A DNA stretch of 54,506 nucleotides, from positions 1 through 54,506 of the forward strand of contig CAZNIK010000001.1 in NCBI GenBank assembly GCA_964573095.1, read 5' to 3'. The notes under the pieces are model-generated. The model did no database searches. It was not told where the DNA came from and saw only the letters and a program-made list of their open reading frames with translations. A program made the translations under genes and the position numbers. The DNA is from an uncultured Candidatus Saccharibacteria bacterium. Its GTDB lineage: Bacteria; Patescibacteriota; Saccharimonadia; Saccharimonadales; 2-12-FULL-41-12. Below, in pieces: positions 47,277 through 54,506 of the stretch. Each line of letters opens with the position of its first letter. Positions within the stretch are counted from its first letter, which is position 1.

Positions 47277-47657
47277 ATGAATGGAACACAAAAAACAATA
47301 CTATTAGTCGAGGACGACGATAACTTAGCAAGTGTCTATGAAACCCGTCTTCAAGCCGAAGGATTTAACACAAAACGAGTTGCAAACGGTGAGGATGCCC
47401 TTGCAGCAGCAATGCAGGCCAAACCAGATTTAGTCTTGCTGGATGTCATGATGCCGAAGGTGAGCGGGTTTGATGTGCTTGATATTCTTCGGAACGCCCC
47501 GGAGACAGCTGACGTCAAGGTGATAATGCTTACGGCCTTGGGCCAAGACGCTGATAAACAACGCGCAGAGTCGTTGGGTGTTGATGACTATTTGGTAAAA
47601 TCACAAGTGGTGATTGCTGATGTGGTCGAGCGAGTGAAGCAACACCTTGGCGTGTAG
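47277..47657 (+). CDS. Single-domain response regulator (canonical receiver)
   Basis: LLVEDD, DLVLLDVMMP, TAL, YLVK. Confidence 0.93.
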   Translation: MNGTQKTILLVEDDDNLASVYETRLQAEGFNTKRVANGEDALAAAMQAKPDLVLLDVMMPKVSGFDVLDILRNAPETADVKVIMLTALGQDADKQRAESLGVDDYLVKSQVVIADVVERVKQHLGV

Positions 47658-47682
47658 TAGGTTGTTGCTTAAGCGAGAATGT

Positions 47683-47955
47683 TTAAGAGACCGATACTTC
47701 GGTTCGTGACACAGAGCGGCCGGAGAAGGTTTTAAATTTTCGTGGGGTAAAGTGAACAGTCCCGTCTTTTATGGCGTGGATTGTAAAATTTCGGCTCATC
47801 TTGGTGCCTGGCCCAGATCGCTTGGTCATGCCAATCTGACGGACAATCACTTGTCCGTTTTTTACTTTTTGGCCACCAAATAGCTTTACGCCAAGTCGTT
47901 GACCTGGACTATCATGGACATTTTTACTGGAGCCACCTGCTTTGACTTTTGACAT
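47683..47955 (-). CDS. rpmA: 50S ribosomal protein L27
   Basis: KAGGSSKN..DS.GQRLGVK..GGQ.V..G..IVRQ. Confidence 0.93.
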   Translation of the reverse strand: MSKVKAGGSSKNVHDSPGQRLGVKLFGGQKVKNGQVIVRQIGMTKRSGPGTKMSRNFTIHAIKDGTVHFTPRKFKTFSGRSVSRTEVSVS

Positions 47956-47967
47956 ACTATACGTTCC

Positions 47968-49158
47968 TTATTTTCTTTCTAAGACCACGAGCTCGCGAGC
48001 AACAATTTGGTCTGGTCTTCTATAGATCAAGTCCAGGTTCTGCGAGTGGTCAAACTTGATACGATTATAGCCTAAAGCTTCTAGTGAGGCAAGTATTTTA
48101 AGGTGTTGATAGCCGTTATTGGTATGCCACGCGGGCACCGCAATGCACATTCGAAACCCAGTTTTTGTTTGGCGGGCAACATTTGCCAGAAACTTTCGAT
48201 GGATTGTGTTGCAGTCAAACATTATTTTTTGTAATTCACCAGGTGTGGGCATGCTTGAAAGTGGTCGACCGAGATAGGTTTCGGCAGCGATCGCAGCCGG
48301 GTCATCCCAGTCGGCGGTTGTTGCGTCGGCAACTTTGAGTCTAAAATGCGCCTCTTCTGGTTCGGTGATACCTAGCTTTTTTCGAAGCAGCCAAGACAGG
48401 TTTTGGTGACTGTAATCAACCATTCGTTGGTCAATATCACTGCCGAGCCCGCCATAGCCCATCAATAGCGCTTCTTGCAGAATGACACCAGTTCCACAAA
48501 ATGGATCAAGAATTTTATAGCTCGGTTGCGGCTCAATGCTCGCGGTCGCAAGGTTAATAATCGTTTGGGCAAGTTTTGGCGGTAACATGCCAACCCGAGC
48601 ATCACGCCTTGGCCGCTCATGGTCTCGTTTTCGATATGCATCAATGTCTTGCACCCAGTGTGTCTGAGCGAGTATTGTCTGGGTGCCGTCGGCGATAAAA
48701 AGCAATTCCAGGCCAGTCGCCGAAAGCAGGCCTCCATGCAACACCTGCGCGGTGTTAAGTGCTGGCTGCTTGTTTGCGATAATTCGGGTGGACCTACCGT
48801 GCTTGGTGATAACCTTCTTTACGCTTAACACGCCGGCGTTGAGCGTGGGTAGGGAAACATCAATTCCATAGGTGCTCACACCAAGTTTAATTTTCCCTTC
48901 GGGAATGTATCCAAGATGATGTGGAAGGGTTTGGGCAAGGTAGGTTTGTAGTTGTTTCCAGTCGGTGGTTTCTAGTACAGTAAGAAGTTTTGCGATTTTT
49001 ATGCAACCGCCTATCCGATTTGGCTGGATTTGGGATTGCTCTATCTCGACCCTCGCGGCCTGCGCACCAATTGGTAACACAACGGCAGATCCATAGAGGC
49101 TTTCGAGTTCCGCCAACCCAATAGCCGGCTGACGACCGAGGATGATAACTTGAGACAT
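47968..49158 (-). CDS. Trm11-like class I SAM-dependent (probably RNA) methyltransferase
   Basis: GMLPPKLAQTIINLA, ILDPFCGTGVILQEA, GSDID, ETYLG. Confidence 0.75.
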   Translation of the reverse strand: MSQVIILGRQPAIGLAELESLYGSAVVLPIGAQAARVEIEQSQIQPNRIGGCIKIAKLLTVLETTDWKQLQTYLAQTLPHHLGYIPEGKIKLGVSTYGIDVSLPTLNAGVLSVKKVITKHGRSTRIIANKQPALNTAQVLHGGLLSATGLELLFIADGTQTILAQTHWVQDIDAYRKRDHERPRRDARVGMLPPKLAQTIINLATASIEPQPSYKILDPFCGTGVILQEALLMGYGGLGSDIDQRMVDYSHQNLSWLLRKKLGITEPEEAHFRLKVADATTADWDDPAAIAAETYLGRPLSSMPTPGELQKIMFDCNTIHRKFLANVARQTKTGFRMCIAVPAWHTNNGYQHLKILASLEALGYNRIKFDHSQNLDLIYRRPDQIVARELVVLERK

Positions 49159-49206
49159 GCTAGATAGTATAAAGCACCTCTGAAAATAGCGTATAATAAA
49201 CCAACA

Positions 49207-50244
49207 ATGGCTGAAGAAAAGCAGAGAAGGTGGAAAAAGATACTTACCCTGGTCACATTAGTGGCGCTGGCGCTTTTGGTGTATTTTCTCAGAGATCAGA
49301 TTTCAGAGACGATATCCAATTTGGGTAGGGTGAATACCTGGGTGCTGCTCTTGATTATTCCGTGGCAAGCCTTAAATCATCACGGCTATGCGATGGTCTA
49401 TAAATCAAGCCTGGCTATTTTGAAGAGCAAAATTTCGTACTGGTCTATTTATCGTGTGTCGCTCGAACTAAATTTTGTAAATAATGTATTCCCATCGGCT
49501 GGTGTCTCTGGCTTTTCCTACTTTAGCTTTCGGATGAAGCACTACGGGGTATCGACCGGAAAGTCAACCCTCGTGCAGATGCTCAGATTCATCTCAGTAT
49601 TTATGTCGTTTCAAGTACTGCTCTTATTTGGACTTTTTGCATTGGCCATCGAGGGCCGGGCAAGCAATCTGGTGATTTTGGTAGCAAGCTCATTGGTAAC
49701 GCTTATTTTTGTTGGCACCGCACTTCTCGTGTACGTGGTTGGCAGTCGGCAGAGAATCGATGCGTTTTTAACCGGCGCCACGAAATTTATTAATCGCGCA
49801 ATTCAAGTAGTTCGGCCGAAGCACCCAGAAACAATCAATATTATGAGTGCTCGAACAGTCTTTTTAGAACTACACGAAAACTACCTACTTATTCAAAAGG
49901 AGTATGCTCGCCTAAAGCGGCCGTTTTTCTATGCGTTACTGGCAAATGTAACCGAAATCGCGACTATTTATACTGTGTATGTCGCGTTTGGGGAATATGT
50001 TAATATTGGCGCCGTTATTATTGCGTATGTGGTTGCAAACTTTGCAGGCTTAATTTCGGCGCTACCCGGCGGTGTGGGGGTGTACGAAGCGCTAATGACC
50101 GCCGTGCTTGCGAGCGCAGGCATTTCGCCCGCCGTAAGCATACCGGTTACCATCATGTATCGAGTGCTCAGTAGCATGCTCCAGCTTGTGCCAGGCTATA
50201 TCTTTTACCACCAGGCACTGAATACTACAAAGAAAGCGACTTGA
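49207..50244 (+). CDS. Lysylphosphatidylglycerol synthase TM / UPF0104 flippase-like membrane protein
   Basis: NFVNNVFPS.G, LPGGVGVYEA, MYRVLS; multiple TMs. Confidence 0.85.
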   Translation: MAEEKQRRWKKILTLVTLVALALLVYFLRDQISETISNLGRVNTWVLLLIIPWQALNHHGYAMVYKSSLAILKSKISYWSIYRVSLELNFVNNVFPSAGVSGFSYFSFRMKHYGVSTGKSTLVQMLRFISVFMSFQVLLLFGLFALAIEGRASNLVILVASSLVTLIFVGTALLVYVVGSRQRIDAFLTGATKFINRAIQVVRPKHPETINIMSARTVFLELHENYLLIQKEYARLKRPFFYALLANVTEIATIYTVYVAFGEYVNIGAVIIAYVVANFAGLISALPGGVGVYEALMTAVLASAGISPAVSIPVTIMYRVLSSMLQLVPGYIFYHQALNTTKKAT

Positions 50245-50255
50245 AGGGACAAAAA

Positions 50256-51365
50256 ATGATTGGCTCGATGCCCACATTTTCGGTATCAGAATTTGTATCG
50301 GTGTTTAATCAGTCGCTAGAAATTGCCTTTCCGTTTGTGGGCGTGACGGGAGAGTTGTCCAACTTTCGGGTGAGCAAAGGGGCGTGGGTTTACTTTGACC
50401 TCAAAGACGAATATTCGAGTGTGAAATTTTTTGGTTCGATACGAGTGCTTCCCGGCCCTTTGCAAGAAGGGATGAACCTTGAGGTTGTCGGTCGGCCTTA
50501 TCTGCACCCAAAGTTTGGGTTTTCGATTCAAGTGAACACATTGCGACCAGTGGGTGAGGGGACAATAAAAAAGGCGCACGAGTTGTTAGAGAAAAAATTA
50601 CGGTCCGAAGGGTTATTTGACGTTGCTCGGAAACGAGCACTACGGTACCCACCGACAAAGGTTGGGCTCATTACCTCGGCTGAATCAGCTGGCTACAGTG
50701 ATTTTATGAAGATTGTGGCCGTGAGATGGCCAATGCTTCACGTTACGCTATTTGATGTGCTTGTGCAGGGGCAGGAAGCACCCCGTCAGATAATTTCAGC
50801 AATTGAAGAAGCAAATCAGCGGGTCGATCTCGACGTTTTAGTCCTCGCGCGGGGCGGGGGAGCAGCTGATGACTTAAGTGCATTCAATCACGAGCAGGTG
50901 GTACGGGCCGTTGCAGCGAGCCGACTCCCAACATTAGTAGGCGTTGGTCATGAGCGGGATGTTGTACTATCAGAATTGGCTGCTGACAAGCGGGCCAGCA
51001 CTCCTAGTAACGCAGCCGAACTTCTTGTACCGAGCCAACAACACGAACAGCAAGTTCTGGGTCAAATAAAAGCCCAGCTGACGCGATTAGTTGGGCAAAA
51101 ATTTGAAATAGAATTTGCTGAGTTAAAGAATATTGATGCCAAAATTTCTCTGCGCGCTCAAGATCTTTTCAAGGTGGAGCGGGACGAACTTCAGCATTTG
51201 CGTGAACTGGTTGCAGTGCTCGACCCAAGGCAGCTTCTAAAAAGAGGCTATGTACTCGCAATTTCCGATGATGGCAATGTCATTCGGTCTGCCAAAAAGG
51301 CTCGAGTTGCAAAACAATTCTCATTGCGTTTTTGTGATGCTGATGTGCGGGTTGGGGTACAATAA
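50256..51365 (+). CDS. xseA: Exodeoxyribonuclease VII large subunit
   Basis: GELSNF, YFDLKD, ARGGG..DDL.AFN.E, GVGHERD, STPSNAAE. Confidence 0.95.
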   Translation: MIGSMPTFSVSEFVSVFNQSLEIAFPFVGVTGELSNFRVSKGAWVYFDLKDEYSSVKFFGSIRVLPGPLQEGMNLEVVGRPYLHPKFGFSIQVNTLRPVGEGTIKKAHELLEKKLRSEGLFDVARKRALRYPPTKVGLITSAESAGYSDFMKIVAVRWPMLHVTLFDVLVQGQEAPRQIISAIEEANQRVDLDVLVLARGGGAADDLSAFNHEQVVRAVAASRLPTLVGVGHERDVVLSELAADKRASTPSNAAELLVPSQQHEQQVLGQIKAQLTRLVGQKFEIEFAELKNIDAKISLRAQDLFKVERDELQHLRELVAVLDPRQLLKRGYVLAISDDGNVIRSAKKARVAKQFSLRFCDADVRVGVQ

Positions 51366-51373
51366 AAATAACT

Positions 51374-51556
51374 ATGAAACAATCCTACAGCGACATGAAA
51401 AACAAGCTTGACTCGGTAGTTGCGGCACTCCAGGAGCCGAATGTGGGCGTTGATGAGGCGGTTAAACTTCACGAGGAAGCGAAAAAGCTGATCGTCGAGC
51501 TTGAGGCCTATTTGCAAGCAAAAGAGGCGAAAATTACCAAAGCTACAAAAAAGTGA
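51374..51556 (+). CDS. xseB: Exodeoxyribonuclease VII small subunit
   Basis: 60 aa, directly after xseA, LDSVVAALQE.....EAVKLHEEA. Confidence 0.85.
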   Translation: MKQSYSDMKNKLDSVVAALQEPNVGVDEAVKLHEEAKKLIVELEAYLQAKEAKITKATKK

Positions 51557-52038
51557 TTGTCCTAATACTACTGTCATGTGTTCTGTTATTTGGCCTGGTT
51601 GTTTTTGCAGGCGCGCCGTACGTACCAACCCTAAAAAAGCAAGCTGATTTAGCAGTGGAAATGCTCGCACTGGCGTCGGGTGACACTATTATTGAGTTGG
51701 GTTGTGGCGACGGAAGGGTAATGCGTCGACTTGCGGCAGCTGGATATAACGTGATCGGTTACGAATTAAATCCGATACTTGTAGCCGTGGCACACATATA
51801 TACATGGCGGTATAGACAGCAGGTTACAATAATTTGGGGAGATTACTGGCGCAAAGAGTGGCCACCCGCAAAAGGAATGTATGTGTTCTTACTCGAGAAA
51901 TACATGAAGAAGCTCGACAAAAAGCTAGGCAAGTACTCTAAAACCAATGGGCCGATCAGTGTAGTCAGCTACGCCTTTCAGATACCGAAGAAAAGAGCCA
52001 AGACCTCCAAGTCGGGGCTTTATTTGTATAAGTACTGA
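51553..52038 (+). CDS. Small class I SAM-dependent methyltransferase with N-terminal TM
   Basis: GAPYVPT, ELGCGDGR, GYELNP, VSYAFQIP. Confidence 0.85.
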   Translation: MIVLILLSCVLLFGLVVFAGAPYVPTLKKQADLAVEMLALASGDTIIELGCGDGRVMRRLAAAGYNVIGYELNPILVAVAHIYTWRYRQQVTIIWGDYWRKEWPPAKGMYVFLLEKYMKKLDKKLGKYSKTNGPISVVSYAFQIPKKRAKTSKSGLYLYKY

Positions 52039-52081
52039 TGTGTCTTGCTGCGAACACCAATACTCTGTTACCATGAGCGGT

Positions 52082-52735
52082 ATGAGTATTCAAAAAAATG
52101 ATTCCGGCGCGGTGAATGCGCTATTAATTTCTTTGATATTTTCGGTGATTTTGTTATTTTCGGCTGTTGGATTCGGGGCGTGGGCTTACTCTAGTCAACA
52201 AGACTACAAAAAGAACAGTGACGAAAAGTCAGCGAAAGCGGTCGCGATTGCCGTCAAGAAAACTCAAACCGAGAAGGATAACGAGTTTTTGGAGCGAGAA
52301 AAACAGCCACTGCGTGACTATAAGGGGCTTGCGGGACTCGGCAGCATATCATTTAAGTACCCCAAAACATGGAGTGCCACTAGTAAAGATTCTGATAGTG
52401 AGCTTTCACTTATCATGCATCCGCTTATTGTTTCGACGAACGATAAATCGCTCTACGCCCTCCGAGTAGAAGTCATAAATCAAAGCTATGACAATTTGAT
52501 CAAACAACAGGACGCCAATGTGAAAAAAGGCGTTGTGAGCGCCCGACCCTATGCATTACCAAAGCTACCGAATGTTGTGGGTATTCGATTCGACGGTGCG
52601 GTGAGTAAGGATAAGAATGGGTCGGTAATCTTGCTTCCAATGAGAGACAAGACGCTCCGAATTTCAACTGAGTCCCAGGAGTTCAAGCCCGATTTCGATA
52701 AGATTATTCTTCCGGAATTTAGTTACTCGCCCTAA
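52082..52735 (+). CDS. Hypothetical membrane-anchored exported protein (possible class III signal peptide, PsbP-like domain)
   Basis: QKNDSG|AVNALLISLI N-terminus, helical stalk, SFKYPKTWS; extended -10 TACCAT 7 nt before ATG 52082. Confidence 0.65.
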   Translation: MSIQKNDSGAVNALLISLIFSVILLFSAVGFGAWAYSSQQDYKKNSDEKSAKAVAIAVKKTQTEKDNEFLEREKQPLRDYKGLAGLGSISFKYPKTWSATSKDSDSELSLIMHPLIVSTNDKSLYALRVEVINQSYDNLIKQQDANVKKGVVSARPYALPKLPNVVGIRFDGAVSKDKNGSVILLPMRDKTLRISTESQEFKPDFDKIILPEFSYSP

Positions 52736-52765
52736 TAGTCGCTGCGTAGTTTTCGCATCTCATCA

Positions 52766-53494
52766 GTGCTATACTTGTCCATAAGTAATAGGGGTATTAA
52801 CGAGTTGGAACACAGCGGCATACAGGGGGGCGTTGACACGGAACGCGGCCTTTTGGCGTTGGCGAGGGAGCTCCAGACATCCTTGTACTATATTGCAAGG
52901 GAGGCAGAACTCGGCTCCAAGGATGCCTTGCAGGTCATATCCGATTCGGCTGAATACGCACTGAGGCTCATTGATAGTTATTTAATTGCATCACAGGTCG
53001 AGCGTGGTCAATTACACCTAAATCTTGAGCCAGTTGCACTTGGCTCGGTGCTGCATGACACAAAGTATGCGCTTGCTACCTCTTTGCACACTGACATCAG
53101 CATTCACATTCAGAACAAGGCCTCCTTGCCAATAATGACCCAAAAAGATGTGCTGCGCAGCGCACTGGTTGCGTCTGGTATGTTGATTGCCGAGGCTACA
53201 ACAAACAATAAGACGGTAGTACTTCGAAGCTTCACTACAAGGAGCGGTGATATTGGGGCTGGGGTGTTTGCAAGAGATATCAAGCTCTCAAAGCGTGAGC
53301 TCGAATACGCATTGAGCAATTCGGGACGCCCCCATATGGCGCTACCAAAATACAGCGGTAGTACTGGTATCTCGTTAAGTATTGCCGATAGTCTTTGTCG
53401 TGCCTTGGGCGGAAGACTGGAGGTTAAACAACTTGGCCAATTTACCGGTCTTTCGACGATACTGCCTAAGAGCGAGCAGCTGGCAATTATATAG
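52766..53494 (+). CDS. Degenerate histidine-kinase-like protein (no sensor; His and N-box lost)
   Basis: ARELQTSL in place of SHELRTPL; HK-like GQLHLNLEPV and GSTGISLSIADSLCRALGG; true start may be TTG 52805. Confidence 0.7.
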   Translation: MLYLSISNRGINELEHSGIQGGVDTERGLLALARELQTSLYYIAREAELGSKDALQVISDSAEYALRLIDSYLIASQVERGQLHLNLEPVALGSVLHDTKYALATSLHTDISIHIQNKASLPIMTQKDVLRSALVASGMLIAEATTNNKTVVLRSFTTRSGDIGAGVFARDIKLSKRELEYALSNSGRPHMALPKYSGSTGISLSIADSLCRALGGRLEVKQLGQFTGLSTILPKSEQLAII

Positions 53495-53506
53495 AGAAAT
53501 GAAAAA

Positions 53507-53881
53507 TTGAAACACGTTCTTATTATTGAGCCCAACTTCAAAATAGCCAGCTTGTTAGATGCTGCACTCTCAAAAAACTATGTGGTACGCACTGCCCAAA
53601 GTGCCCAAGAAGCGATTCATCTATGTGATCGCACGCTACCAGATCTTGTGCTGCTTGAACTCAGCATTCCAAATCAAAATGGTTTGGCGTTTCTCCACGA
53701 GCTTAGATCCCACAATGATTGGGTTGGCGTTCAAGTTGTGGTACACACTAAAATTCCAAAAGCAGAAAGTGGGTTGCGCCCGAGCCAATGGCAACAGCTG
53801 GGGGTCTCGGAGTACCTCTACAAGCCAACAACCACGCTGGCTGATTTGGACGAAAGAATAAAAAAAGTACTCAATAAATGA
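53507..53881 (+). CDS. Atypical receiver-domain protein (phospho-Asp replaced by Glu)
   Basis: VLIIEP, DLVLLELSIP, NGLAFL, YLYKP. Confidence 0.85.
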   Translation: MKHVLIIEPNFKIASLLDAALSKNYVVRTAQSAQEAIHLCDRTLPDLVLLELSIPNQNGLAFLHELRSHNDWVGVQVVVHTKIPKAESGLRPSQWQQLGVSEYLYKPTTTLADLDERIKKVLNK

Positions 53882-54506
53882 TACAAAAAGCAGATATCGC
53901 AATTGTGTTATCGCGGACGGACTACGGTGAAAAAGACAGAATAATCACGTTTCTGGGGCAAAAAGAGGGCAAGATGAGCGTATTGGCCAAAAGTGTACGA
54001 AGCCAGAAAAGCAAACTTGCAGCTGGTTGCGAGCTCCTTAGTACTACGCAGATTAGTTTTGTGGGTGGTAAGTCTAGTCTTTTGAGGCTGACTGGCTCGC
54101 GACTACTTACACATTATGGAGACATTGCAACTGATCTAAGTAGGATGAATCAAGCGTTTGAATTTTTAAGAATAATAGGTCAAGTATGTGAGCAGGGACA
54201 CGGTCAAGAATATTATTCTGTAGTTGACACTGCCTTGAAATGCCTCAATGAACCGGCGTACGACAATGGCCTGGTTGAGGTGTGGTTTAACATACAAATT
54301 CTTTACAAGCACGGTGTATTAGCGCGCGTGAAACCTGTTGGCGAACAAGCAAGGGGCGACACATTCGTTTTTGATCACGATTTACAGCGGTTTGTTTCGA
54401 GCGGGCGCGGTGAATACAGCCAGGATGATCTTAAGGTGCTTCAACTATCACTCCACAGCGAAAAACCAATAAAACTAAGATCCGAGCACAACAACGATGC
54501 AATCCT
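53878..54506 (+). CDS. recO: DNA repair protein RecO (3'-truncated by window; absent from ORF track)
   Basis: ATG 53878: MIQKADIAIVLSRTDYGEKDRIITFLGQKEGKMSVLAKSVRSQKSKLAAG. Confidence 0.9.
   Translation, partial: MIQKADIAIVLSRTDYGEKDRIITFLGQKEGKMSVLAKSVRSQKSKLAAGCELLSTTQISFVGGKSSLLRLTGSRLLTHYGDIATDLSRMNQAFEFLRIIGQVCEQGHGQEYYSVVDTALKCLNEPAYDNGLVEVWFNIQILYKHGVLARVKPVGEQARGDTFVFDHDLQRFVSSGRGEYSQDDLKVLQLSLHSEKPIKLRSEHNNDAI

Overview
Gene-dense chromosomal window from a reduced-genome bacterium, most consistent with Candidatus Saccharibacteria (Patescibacteria/CPR). Support: standard genetic code (TGA used as stop), short EF-Ts, editing-less ProRS, a collapsed rpsB-tsf-frr-rseP-proS cluster and giant TM-anchored surface proteins. 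In order it holds the 3' part of a giant surface protein and an 1855-aa 18-Kelch adhesin-like protein, parAB, lepB, an LCP protein, htrA, the translation genes (prmC, prfA, rpmE2, rpsB, tsf, frr, proS, greA, lysS, serS, hpf, prfB, rpmA), secA, ftsEX-CHAP hydrolase-ctpA, pyrG, xseAB and a truncated recO. No rRNA, tRNA, CRISPR array, transposase or integrase was seen. Most notable: (1) a TCTCAG-N5-YCTCAG direct repeat at the same promoter position upstream of four envelope genes (LCP, htrA, rseP, ctpA), suggesting an undescribed MprA/OmpR-like envelope-proteostasis regulon; (2) a heliorhodopsin-like protein that keeps the retinal Lys, lacks the helix C counterion Glu and has a type-1-like DxxxK; (3) an orphan between prfB and ftsE whose 3' end looks like a DGR variable region, with no RT or template repeat in the window; (4) a pseudokinase and pseudo-receiver pair; (5) widespread leaderless promoters and a shared palindromic -35 between rpmE and rpsB. 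All family assignments come from motif recognition, not database searches.
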